A stretch of 64,000 nucleotides of DNA from the NCBI GenBank assembly GCA_965220965.1, contig CBDCRI010000001.1, positions 192,001 through 256,000 on the forward strand, read 5' to 3'. The notes under the pieces were generated by a model, which was not told the origin of the DNA, made no database searches, and saw nothing but the letters and a program-made list of their open reading frames with translations. This document shows, one piece after another, positions 45,811 to 54,614 of the stretch (its first letter is position 1; every line of letters begins with the position of its first letter). The position numbers were made by a program, and so were the translations under genes. This DNA comes from Candidatus Marinacidobacterium sp. (GTDB lineage Bacteria; Acidobacteriota; Vicinamibacteria; Marinacidobacterales; Marinacidobacteraceae).

Positions 45811-47064
45811 CTAGGCGTCCCGGCCCGCCGCCGGCCCCGGAGCGTCGATCAGGACGCTCGCCGGGCGCATGGGCACGGGCGGTGGGGAGTGGCGCAGCTG
45901 CAGGCGGTCGCCGGCGATCTCGACGTCGAACCCGGAGTGCACGCGGGCGATGGCGGTGAGGTCCGAGGCCAGCCGGTGCTTGAACATCCGCAACCCGGCC
46001 ACGTCCGGGGCGAAGATCGGGTGCAGCGCGGACAGCCTGATGGGCAACGGGCGCCCCTTCGGCACCCGGGGCAGGCGGTAGGACAGCCACGAGTACAGGT
46101 CCATGCGGCGCGGGCTGCGGGTCAGCTTGCGCAGGTGCGCGAGGTCCACGGGCACGGGATGCTCGGAAACGGCTTCGTAGAAGCGCTCGGACAGGCGAAC
46201 GCCGACCTCAACCGGGCCGTCGTCCGCGCCGAGGCCTTGGCCCCACCAGGACAGCCTGTCCGCCACCGCAAGCAGGGCGAAGCTCTGCTCCACACGGCCC
46301 TCCTGCCCGAGGGCGAACCGGAAGCTCGCCGTGGCGACGTTCTCGGTCTCCCGCGCCAAGGTCCGGGCGTTGTGCGCGGTGTAGGTGACCCCGACGAAGT
46401 TCCGCACGTAGTCGTGCACGGTGCGTCCGAGCGGCACCTCCCTGGTCCGTTTCATCAGCGCGTGCCGCGTGATGGTCGGCAGGATCAGGCGGGCCATCGA
46501 GCCGGACGGCACGGCGCAGTCACGGGCGGGCCTGCCGGCCGAGGCGGGCAGCGTGCCCGCCACCACGTCCAGCCGCGCGAGGCCGTGGTTTGCCGACCAG
46601 AGGCGCTGACCGGCGGGCAGCTGGCGCTGGGGCAGGAAGCACTGCATGAGGATGCCGTGGGTGAAGCCTATGTCGCGCCCGAGCAGCGCCTCGTCCGCCT
46701 CCCGGACCGCGGCGGCGTCCCGCTGGTCCGGCGCCGGCACGCGCGCGGAGGCCCGCCTTCTGGCCTCGGCCAGCAGATCGTGCCGGGCGTCGGCGGGGAA
46801 CGCCCGCCTGGCCTGGTCCTCGTGGTCGTTGGTGACCCGATCCGTGTCCCCGGCCTTCAGGAGCGCGTGGAACAGCCGGCCCGGCGTGCCGAGGGAGTCG
46901 TCGGCCAGCGCCTTCATCGCGAGGGCCAGGAAGTCCAGGACGGCCTTCTCGCCCACGTCCCAGAAGCCTCGGCGGACCGCCTCAAGGTAGAGCGCGCCGA
47001 GGCGCTGGGGATCAGTCAGGTCGCCACGCTCGATGTGGCCAAGGTCGACGCCCGGCCGCGTCAT
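45811..47064 (-). CDS. repA: plasmid replication initiator (RepA_C-type) with N-terminal extension
   Basis: IGFTHGILMQCFLP, VPSGSMARLIL, LSERFYE..EHPVPVD, SPRRMDLYSWLSYRL, F..RL; adjacent to iterons. Confidence 0.85.
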   Translation of the reverse strand: MTRPGVDLGHIERGDLTDPQRLGALYLEAVRRGFWDVGEKAVLDFLALAMKALADDSLGTPGRLFHALLKAGDTDRVTNDHEDQARRAFPADARHDLLAEARRRASARVPAPDQRDAAAVREADEALLGRDIGFTHGILMQCFLPQRQLPAGQRLWSANHGLARLDVVAGTLPASAGRPARDCAVPSGSMARLILPTITRHALMKRTREVPLGRTVHDYVRNFVGVTYTAHNARTLARETENVATASFRFALGQEGRVEQSFALLAVADRLSWWGQGLGADDGPVEVGVRLSERFYEAVSEHPVPVDLAHLRKLTRSPRRMDLYSWLSYRLPRVPKGRPLPIRLSALHPIFAPDVAGLRMFKHRLASDLTAIARVHSGFDVEIAGDRLQLRHSPPPVPMRPASVLIDAPGPAAGRDA

Positions 47065-47490
47065 CCGAGGCGGTGCCTGCGCGGCGCGGGACTTCGGGAG
47101 GCCGCCGGTCGACGCCCGGTACCCCCAGCGCGCGGCGACCCGAAGGGGCCACCCTCAAACGCTTTCCCGCATGCCCCGAGACGCTCGGGGAAAATCTGAA
47201 CAGGCATGGCCGGAAATCTAACAAACCCCGTCCGGGCAAATCAACGGAATCTGCGAAAATGGCGCCGCAAAGATCCCTTCTGCAGCGGAAGGCGGCGCGC
47301 CCCGGCCGGGAAGCGCCACGCCAGGATGCGGAAGTCCGGGAGGCCGCGGGCAGCGCCCCGAAGGGCCGGCTTCCCCCGCTAGGCGTCCAGGCGGCGTCAG
47401 CCGCCGCAGCGCTGCTGGAGCGGGGGGCGGGCGACGGTGGCACAATGCCCCCGCCCAGCCACCAGGAGCGCCCCCGGCGCCCATCCCCCA

Positions 47491-47748
47491 ATGGCTAAGA
47501 TCGCTGACGTCAGGCCCTGCTGGAACCGCACGAACCGCGTCGCCGCCCGGCAGGAGGGCGCCAAGCCGGTGGCCGAGGCCCGCGAGGCGCTGCTCGGGCG
47601 CACCGGCAAGCTGGAGGATCTGAAGCGGGCCGCGCAGGCCTACGCCGAGCTTTGCCTGGCGGAGGTGTGGATCGCGGCGGAACGCGGGCGGACGCACATC
47701 GTTGAGCCGGCCCCGAGGGAAGGGTCCAGTCCCGGCGCAGACTCCTAA
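47491..47748 (+). CDS. small hypothetical protein
   Basis: ATG 47491, helical natural-looking sequence. Confidence 0.45.
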   Translation: MAKIADVRPCWNRTNRVAARQEGAKPVAEAREALLGRTGKLEDLKRAAQAYAELCLAEVWIAAERGRTHIVEPAPREGSSPGADS

Positions 47749-47790
47749 AATGGCTTCCACCGACCAGCGTGAACGAGCAAGGAGGCGACC

Positions 47791-49398
47791 ATGCCGGAAC
47801 TGATTCGGGCCGAAGAGGCGAAGGCCATCATCCTGAAGGGCGAGGCGAAAGGCTCCCTGAACGTCAAGGGCGACCTGCGCTTCGGCCCGCAGGACGGCTT
47901 GGAGGACCACATGCTGCCCCCGGGCCTGCGAGTCGACGGCGAGCTGGGCCTGGACGGCTGCGACATCACCCATGGGCTGCCCTCCTGCGAGGTTTCCGCG
48001 CTGTCGATCTCCATCAGGGCCTGCGCGGGGATCAAGGAGGTCTCCAGCTGGCGGGCGGCCACGCACGCGCTGATCGCGGACTGCCCGGCGCTGACCGCGA
48101 TCAGGGGCGTGACCGTGGCCGAGGGCGCGCTGCGCGTGGAGCGGTGCCATTCACTGCGCACGCTGAGCTTCGGCGCGCTGGAGCGCCTGCACGTCGAGGG
48201 CTGCGCCAGCCTGGAGAGCGAGGGGCTCCAGGGCGGCTGGGCGGACGCGGCCTCGCTGGTCGACCTGCCCCGGCTCAAGTCCGCCGCCATCCTCCACAGG
48301 ACCGGCCACCTGGAGCTGGTCTCCTGCCACGCGCTCGCCAGCCTGGGGAGCGAGGGGATCACCCGAGGCGAAACCGTCCGCGTGACGGACTGCGCGCGCT
48401 TCGAGCGCCTGGCCCAGCCCAAGGAATCCCCTTGCCTGCTCACCGGCGACCTGCTGGTGGCGGACTGCCCGAGGTTCCAGGGGATCGACCCGGGCGCGAC
48501 AGTCAACGGCGACGTGCGGATAACGCGCTGCGCGGACTTCGCCCAGAAGCACTTCCAGTTCACCGTGGGCGGCGACCTCGTCCTGCGCGAGTGCCCGGAG
48601 CGGGGCCGGGCGGTCGAGGAGTTCCGGGTCGGCGGCTCGGCCTACAGAAGCGACGGCCCGCAGGAGACCGCGGTCATTGACTCCTACAGCCCCCTGCGGT
48701 CGTGGGTGGGGGCCACGCACGACCCCGAGAGGAACGAATGGCGGGAGGACGCCTCGGCCGGCATCGACCCGCACTGCGAGGTGGCGCTGGACGGCTGCCT
48801 GGTGACCGGGCCGGGCGAGATGCCGCCGCACCTCGCCGCAACCTTGGAGCATGCGGCGCAAGTGGCGGTTTCCGGCACCGCCTTTCGCCTGCCGCCGCTG
48901 TTCGCCTGCCGTCCGGAGGACGCCTGGCGGCTCAGGCACATCCCCGCCCTGGTCGCCGTGGAGCCGCTTTGCATGGATGCGGAGAGCGGCGAGTGGCGTC
49001 CGCTGGCGGGCGACCCCGGGGTGCGCAAGGCCCCCTGCGCCGTGCGCCTGACGACCAAGGGCGGCAACGCGTCGCTGCGGCGGCGCACGGTGCGCGTGCC
49101 GGCACTGCTCGGCAACGACCGCGGCCTAGGGCTCGAGGCGGCGCCGATCGCCGTCGACCCGGACCACCCGGCTGCCCCGGCTGCATCGCGGGCCCTTGAG
49201 GCGCTGAGCGACGCCCTGTCCAAGGCCTACTTCCGTCCGCAGGCGCTCAGCGCTGCGGACAAGGAGAGCGGCCGACGGGCCAAAGAGGTAGACGCGTTCC
49301 GAGAGCGCGCCGTGGGCTTCGCCAAGGGGGCGCTGGACAAGGCCGGGGAGTCGCCCGCCCCAAAGCCGAAGGCCAAGCGGCCCTCGCCCTCCCCCTGA
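47791..49398 (+). CDS. protein with Cys-containing leucine-rich repeats
   Basis: IADCPALTAI, VERCHSLRTL, VEGCASLES, LVSCHALASL, VADCPRF; AAGGAGG RBS; ends KAKRPSPSP. Confidence 0.8.
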   Translation: MPELIRAEEAKAIILKGEAKGSLNVKGDLRFGPQDGLEDHMLPPGLRVDGELGLDGCDITHGLPSCEVSALSISIRACAGIKEVSSWRAATHALIADCPALTAIRGVTVAEGALRVERCHSLRTLSFGALERLHVEGCASLESEGLQGGWADAASLVDLPRLKSAAILHRTGHLELVSCHALASLGSEGITRGETVRVTDCARFERLAQPKESPCLLTGDLLVADCPRFQGIDPGATVNGDVRITRCADFAQKHFQFTVGGDLVLRECPERGRAVEEFRVGGSAYRSDGPQETAVIDSYSPLRSWVGATHDPERNEWREDASAGIDPHCEVALDGCLVTGPGEMPPHLAATLEHAAQVAVSGTAFRLPPLFACRPEDAWRLRHIPALVAVEPLCMDAESGEWRPLAGDPGVRKAPCAVRLTTKGGNASLRRRTVRVPALLGNDRGLGLEAAPIAVDPDHPAAPAASRALEALSDALSKAYFRPQALSAADKESGRRAKEVDAFRERAVGFAKGALDKAGESPAPKPKAKRPSPSP

Positions 49399-49439
49399 CC
49401 TGGCGGGCGGCCAAGCCGCCACCGCTGACGCCAGCCGCC

Positions 49440-50147
49440 TCACATCCCCGGAGGCGGCGCCATCCCGGCCCTGCCCCGGACGAGGCCGCCCTCGAGAAGG
49501 CGCGCGGCCCCGTCGAGCCCGACCGCGCGCAGCAGGGCGGCCGCCTCGCCAAGCCCGGCGTCCGTGGCCGCCAGCGACCGGCGCAGCCCAAGCTCCGAAG
49601 CGCTCCGGCCGGCCAAGGCGCCCTGCCGATCGAGAAGGGCCGCCGTGGCGGCCAGCCCCAGCGCCCGCGCCGGCACCCGGCCGGCAGCGCCCACCAAGGC
49701 CCGCGCCGCTTGGGGGCCAAGCCGCCCGAGGCCAGCCGGAGCCGGGCTCGCGGAAGTCTCGAAGACCGGGCAGGCCGTTCCGTGGCGGGCGGGCGCCCGG
49801 CCCAGGCCGATCCGCCCGGATCGGACCGCGGCCCGGCAGGCTGCGTCGACCTCGAACGACCAAGGCCCGAAGCTGCGGTGGATGAAGCCGATGCCGCGCA
49901 GGCCGGCCCCGCTGCAGTCCGCGAGGCAGGCCTGCCAGTGCAGGGGCGCGCTGCCGACCACGCGGCCGCCGTTGAGCCCCACCAGGGCCACGATGACGTC
50001 CAGCGCGTCCACCGGCACCTTCCCGGGATTGGGCGCAGCGGCGGCGGGCGCAAGCCCCGGGGCCGCCGCGGGCCCGCCCGCCGGGCGCCGCCAACGCCTG
50101 GCCGCCCCGCATGGCTCGCCGCCGCCGATCCATTTGCCTCGCGCCAT
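49440..50147 (-). CDS. hypothetical protein with SocA/Panacea-like FGP(W)S motif
   Basis: LDVIVALVGLNGGRVVG...FIHRSFGPWSFEV; upstream TACAAT and GGAGG; ends PPPGM. Confidence 0.45.
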   Translation of the reverse strand: MARGKWIGGGEPCGAARRWRRPAGGPAAAPGLAPAAAAPNPGKVPVDALDVIVALVGLNGGRVVGSAPLHWQACLADCSGAGLRGIGFIHRSFGPWSFEVDAACRAAVRSGRIGLGRAPARHGTACPVFETSASPAPAGLGRLGPQAARALVGAAGRVPARALGLAATAALLDRQGALAGRSASELGLRRSLAATDAGLGEAAALLRAVGLDGAARLLEGGLVRGRAGMAPPPGM

Positions 50148-50297
50148 GGGCTGGCCGCCTCCCGCTCCTTGGTCTCCCGGCTGATTGTAGGGCTTGGGGC
50201 CGAAGCGGGCCGGGCCGGGCCAGGCCCGGAGCCCGGCCGGGTCGGCCGCGCGGCCCGGCGAAGCGGCCCCTGAGCGGATCGGCGGGCCGAACGGCGG

Positions 50298-50804
50298 CTA
50301 GGGCGCGGGGGCCGAGTGCGGCCTGAGCCGCGAACCGTCGAAGCGCGCCCACACCGAGATCACCCCGCCCGCCTCGGGGCGGACCTCCAGCCGGTCGGCC
50401 TTTGGGTGGTCGCACGCCGGCTTGAGAAGCTCAAGGGGCAGCGCGTGCGCGAAGTCGTCGCCCCCGAGAAGCGCGTGCGCTGCGTCGTACCAGTCGTCCT
50501 CGTTCGGGTCGAACCCCTCGGCGTACACGACGAGCCTGGCGTCGGGGTCACCCGGGCGCGCCGGGTCGGGCTGGTGCGGAATGCCGGAGGACATGAGGTA
50601 CACCCCGCGGTCCATGACCAGGTGAAGGGCCGGCGGCGCCCTGCCCTCCAGCTCGCGCAGCTCCGACTCCGAGGGCCAGCGGAACTCGGTCTCGCCAAGC
50701 AGGTCAAGCGCCTGCTCCAGCGTCACCCAATGCCGTCCGGCGCCCCTGGCGTGGTCGTAGAGCCGCAGGACGTCATCCATGTCAAAGCTGAGCGCATCGG
50801 CCAT
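50298..50804 (-). CDS. DUF3085-like protein
   Basis: LVMDRGVYLMS, VVYAEGFDP, WYD, GGDDF; GAGGAGG RBS. Confidence 0.8.
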   Translation of the reverse strand: MADALSFDMDDVLRLYDHARGAGRHWVTLEQALDLLGETEFRWPSESELRELEGRAPPALHLVMDRGVYLMSSGIPHQPDPARPGDPDARLVVYAEGFDPNEDDWYDAAHALLGGDDFAHALPLELLKPACDHPKADRLEVRPEAGGVISVWARFDGSRLRPHSAPAP

Positions 50805-50882
50805 TGCCGCCTCCTCTTGTTTTCAGTTGCCGGTCGGGGAGGCCCACGGCCGCCCCGGCCTCCAAGCCGGGCCGGGAGGCCG

Positions 50883-51386
50883 TCAAGGGGCCGCGCCGGG
50901 CCTTCGCGTCGGGCGCCGCGCGTAGCCCAGCTCCAGCTCGCCGTCGGACACGGTGATGACGATCCGCTCCGCGTCCGGGTCGGCCAGGGCCGGCCCGAAA
51001 AGGTCCAGCGGCAGGGCGTGCGCGAAGTCGTCGCCGCCCAGAATCCGGCGCGCGCCGTCGTACCAGTCGTCGAAGGCCTCCACGTTGGGGTCGAACCCCT
51101 GGGCGTAGACCACGCGGCTGGCGTCGGGGTCCCCCTGCCGCGCCGGGTCGGGCAGGTGCGGAATGCCGGAGGACATGAGGTAGACCCCGTCGTCCTTCAC
51201 GAACTGCAGGGCGGGCGGCGCGAGGCGCTGCGCCTTGCGCATCTCCGCGTCGCTGGGCCGGCGGCCGTCCGGCAGCCCCAGCAGGTCAAGCGCCTGCTCC
51301 AGCGTCACCCTGTGCCGCTTGGCCGTCCTCGCGTGCTCGCACAGCGCCGCGACGCCCGCCAGGTCGAAGTCCATCGAGTCCGGCAC
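50883..51386 (-). CDS. DUF3085-like protein, tandem paralog
   Basis: FVKDDGVYLMSSGIPH, VVYAQGFDP, GGDDFAHALPL. Confidence 0.8.
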   Translation of the reverse strand: MPDSMDFDLAGVAALCEHARTAKRHRVTLEQALDLLGLPDGRRPSDAEMRKAQRLAPPALQFVKDDGVYLMSSGIPHLPDPARQGDPDASRVVYAQGFDPNVEAFDDWYDGARRILGGDDFAHALPLDLFGPALADPDAERIVITVSDGELELGYARRPTRRPGAAP

Positions 51387-51440
51387 CTTCCCTCCCTTGC
51401 CCCGCCAAGGCGTCCGCAACGCGTCCCGTCCGGCCCGCGC

Positions 51441-53054
51441 CTAGGGGCGCGCCCGCCGGCGGGGACGGCTGCGGCGCCCCTCGACGCCGCGCACCACGAT
51501 GCGCCCGGCCAGTGGGTCCACCTGCGCCACGCGCGCCCTGACCCGGTCGCCCAGGCCGATGACGCGCCTGCCGCTGCCCTCCGCGAAGATCTCGTGCGGG
51601 CGCTTGACGCCGCGCTCGCTCCACGCGCCGCCCCCGAGGTCCCTGACGTGCGCCAGGCCCTCCACGCCCCAGCCGTCGAAGGCCACGAAGGCGCCGAAGT
51701 CCGCCACGCCCGAGACCGTGCAGGCCAGGCGCTCGGAGCGCCAGGGGGCGTGCACGGCGAACCAGCCGCACAGGGCGACGCGCTCGGCGTCGCGCGCGGC
51801 CCGGTCGATGAGGGCGCCGCGCTCGTTGAGGCGCTCGCAAAGGCCGGCGGGCAGCCGGCCGGGGCGGCCGCCGCGCAGCACGGCCTTCATCCCGCGGTGG
51901 ACCAGCAGGTCGGCGGTCCGGCGGATGGGCGAGGTGAAGTGCGCGTACAGCGGCACCGCCAGGGCGAAGTGCCCCGCCTCGGCGTCCTCGCCGTAGCCGG
52001 CCCTGGGCATGCCGCGCTTGACGGCAAGGTCGCACAGCCAGCCGGCCGCCCCGGCGGACCGGGCGGCGTCGCGCCGGGCGGACAGGTAGGCGGCCGGGTC
52101 GGCCAGCGCCGCCGGCCCGCCCGGCCCGCCGCCGGCCTTGGGCGCCAGCGCGCCGAGCATGGCGCAGGCCCGCTCCAGGTCCTCCTCGCCCGGGGCCGGG
52201 TGGCTCCGGTGGGGCGCCGGGATCCGGTGCTCGCGCAGGAACTCGGCCGCGCAGCGGTTGGCGGCGATCATGGCCTCCTCGATGACCGAGTGCGCCTTCA
52301 GCGGCGCCTCCGGGGCCATCCCGGACATGGCGCCGTCGGCGTCAACCAGCACCTCGGTGCCGCACGGCGCGAAGGCCAGCGCGCCGCGGCGGCGGCGCTC
52401 GCCGAGGAGCGCCTCGTGGACCGCCGCCAGCGCCTCCAGGGAGGCGTCCAGGCCGGCGTCGCCGGCGCTCCCCGCGGCCCCGCCGAGCAGGGCGTCGGCC
52501 TCCTCGTAGGTCAGCCGGCGCCGCGAGCGGATCACCGCCTCCTGGAACCCGTGCGCCTCGACCTCGCCGCCGGCGGACACCCGCATCGAGCAGACGACGG
52601 CCAGCCGGTCCTCGCCCGGGCGCAGCGAGCAGGCGCCGTTGGACAGCGCCTCCGGCAGCATGGGGACGGTCAGCCCCGGCAGGTAGGCGCTCTCGCAGCG
52701 CAGCTGCGCCTCCCGGTCGAGCGCTGAGCCGCGCCGGACGTACTCGGCCACGTCGGCCACCGCCACGCGCAGCTTGAAGGCGCCGCCCTTCAGCCGCTGG
52801 GCGGCGACGGCGTCGTCGAAGTCCTTGGCGTCGGCGCCGTCCATGGTGCAGAAGGGCACGCCGCGCAGGTCCGTCCGGCCCGCGCCGGGGCGGACCGCCA
52901 CCGTGCGCGCCAGGCGCCGCGCCTCCTCGGCGGCGGCCTTGGGGAACGCGCGGCTGAGGCCGTCGCGCTTGGCGAGGGCCTCGGAAATGCGCCGGGCGGG
53001 GACCGCCTGCGCCGCCTCGGGAGCCCGCTCGGCCGCGGCGGCGGCCACGCTCAC
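51441..53054 (-). CDS. RNase R/RNase II-family exoribonuclease (RNB plus S1, no N-terminal CSDs)
   Basis: TMDGADAKDFDDA, VADVA, PMLPEALS, IEEAMIAAN, HFTSPIRRTADLLVHR, S1 FGAFV..EGLAHV. Confidence 0.9.
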   Translation of the reverse strand: MSVAAAAAERAPEAAQAVPARRISEALAKRDGLSRAFPKAAAEEARRLARTVAVRPGAGRTDLRGVPFCTMDGADAKDFDDAVAAQRLKGGAFKLRVAVADVAEYVRRGSALDREAQLRCESAYLPGLTVPMLPEALSNGACSLRPGEDRLAVVCSMRVSAGGEVEAHGFQEAVIRSRRRLTYEEADALLGGAAGSAGDAGLDASLEALAAVHEALLGERRRRGALAFAPCGTEVLVDADGAMSGMAPEAPLKAHSVIEEAMIAANRCAAEFLREHRIPAPHRSHPAPGEEDLERACAMLGALAPKAGGGPGGPAALADPAAYLSARRDAARSAGAAGWLCDLAVKRGMPRAGYGEDAEAGHFALAVPLYAHFTSPIRRTADLLVHRGMKAVLRGGRPGRLPAGLCERLNERGALIDRAARDAERVALCGWFAVHAPWRSERLACTVSGVADFGAFVAFDGWGVEGLAHVRDLGGGAWSERGVKRPHEIFAEGSGRRVIGLGDRVRARVAQVDPLAGRIVVRGVEGRRSRPRRRARP

Positions 53055-53347
53055 GGCCCCCCCAACGGCGCGGGGGCGCGCCCGGCCGACGGCGGGCGGG
53101 GCCGCGCGCCGGGCCTCGGGAAGCGCTCCGCGTAGCGCAGGGCGCTCTCGATCGCCTCCCGCGGCAGCTCCGGGAAGTCGTCCATGAGGTCCTCCACGGT
53201 CTCGCCGCCCAGCAGGCGGGCCTGGACGTCGTAGACGGTGGCGTTGGTGCCGGCGAGCGTGGGGGCCCGGCCCTCGGCGGCGGACGGGACGGCGAGGAAC
53301 CGCCAAGGCCCGGCGCCCGGGTCGGGCTTCGAATTCGGTTGCTTCAT
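53051..53347 (-). CDS. DUF433-family protein
   Basis: G..PTLAGT..TVYDV..L.GGET.EDL..DFPEL..EAIESALRYA. Confidence 0.8.
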   Translation of the reverse strand: MKQPNSKPDPGAGPWRFLAVPSAAEGRAPTLAGTNATVYDVQARLLGGETVEDLMDDFPELPREAIESALRYAERFPRPGARPRPPSAGRAPAPLGGP

Positions 53348-53465
53348 GGTGTCTCCTGAATGCGCGCGCCGGCAAGACGGATCGGCCCGGGCCGGCGCCC
53401 CCGGGATGCGGGCATTCTAGCAACGCCCCGCCAAGGGGCGCTTCGCGGCCGCGTTCGGGCCGGGC

Positions 53466-53738
53466 TCACTCCCCGCCGCCGAACATCGCCGCCCACTCCT
53501 CGGCCAGCGTCCCGGTGATGAGGAACTCCAGCTGGTCGGCGTCAAGCTCCGGAAAGGCCTCCTGCGCCAGCAGGTCGGTCCCGGCGTAGAACCCGCGCAC
53601 CCGCTCCGCGGACACGGGCAGCTCCAGCGCGTTGATGCGGCCGGTGGCGCCCGACCTGGCGGTCACGCGGACGGCGGAGGGACCGATCGGCTCCACCGAA
53701 ATGGGCGGGGTTGGGGAGGACAGCATGGGCGCGCTCAC
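53466..53738 (-). CDS. small phage-type hypothetical protein
   Basis: LAQEAFPELDADQLEFLITGTLAEEW; GTG start coupled to the upstream stop. Confidence 0.65.
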   Translation of the reverse strand: MSAPMLSSPTPPISVEPIGPSAVRVTARSGATGRINALELPVSAERVRGFYAGTDLLAQEAFPELDADQLEFLITGTLAEEWAAMFGGGE

Positions 53739-54478
53739 GGGGCGGGCGCCTTGCAGGCGGCCGGCGGGGCCAGCTCCCGCGACAGGCCGTCCAGCACCCG
53801 CTCGACCTTGGAGAGGTCGAAGTGCCCGTCGGTGCGCACCCCCGCCTCCATGTCGAACCAGACCCGCGCCCCCGCCCGCTCGGCCTGGCGGGCCATGTCG
53901 GCGATCCGGCGGACCTGCCCGGCGTCGGGGCCGAGCCCGCCGGCGTACCCCCAAGCGCGGCCCTCGCACCACGCCCCCTTGCCGGGGGCCGGCGGGTCCG
54001 GCCATGCGCCGGACAGGCCGCGGCCGCCGGAGCGGTCGTGCAGCGCCTCGAGCTTGCGGTGGTGCAGGAAGAGCGTGTCGAAGCGGTTGCCGCGGTACTG
54101 GACCACCACGCGCTGCGCGGCGGTCGCGTCGCAGAAGGCGCCCACCTTGGCGGGGTCGTAGTCCTGCGGGCGCAGGTTGAGCTGCACGCGCGGCACGCCG
54201 ATCCGCTCTATGAAGTCGTGCACCCACGTCTCGCCCGCCATCGCCCCCCGGCTCCAGCGGCCGCACAGGTGCAGCGCCGTGCGCGGCAGCGTCATGGCCG
54301 CCGCCTCCACCACCGGCTGGCACGGGAAGCGCCCGGAGTCCGCGGAGCGGCTCACCCACGTGGACGAGCCGACCAGGACGCCGAACTCGACGGGCACCGC
54401 GGAGGCCTCGGCGATGCGCCGGGCCCGGGCCAGGTCGGTGCGCTCGTCAACGCCGGTGAAGGTGATGCACTCAATCAT
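53735..54478 (-). CDS. TrpF-like TIM-barrel protein
   Basis: ITFTGVDE, EFGVL, LHLCG, RVQLN, LHDRSGGRG, GYAGGLGP, WFDMEAGVR. Confidence 0.75.
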   Translation of the reverse strand: MIECITFTGVDERTDLARARRIAEASAVPVEFGVLVGSSTWVSRSADSGRFPCQPVVEAAAMTLPRTALHLCGRWSRGAMAGETWVHDFIERIGVPRVQLNLRPQDYDPAKVGAFCDATAAQRVVVQYRGNRFDTLFLHHRKLEALHDRSGGRGLSGAWPDPPAPGKGAWCEGRAWGYAGGLGPDAGQVRRIADMARQAERAGARVWFDMEAGVRTDGHFDLSKVERVLDGLSRELAPPAACKAPAP

Positions 54479-54614
54479 GGGGTTCGCTCCTGGCATGCTG
54501 CCGGGATTAAATCATTCGTCAGGCGACTCGGCCCCCGGGCGGCGTGGGCCAGGCCCGGAGGCGGCTGCCGTTCCTATAATCGCGCACCGCCCCCGCAGCC
54601 CCTGGAGGCCCGCG

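Noticed and set aside
45317-46090. 257-aa minus-strand ORF with VQLQR repeats
   Set aside because: It is a translation of the iteron array and overlaps repA.
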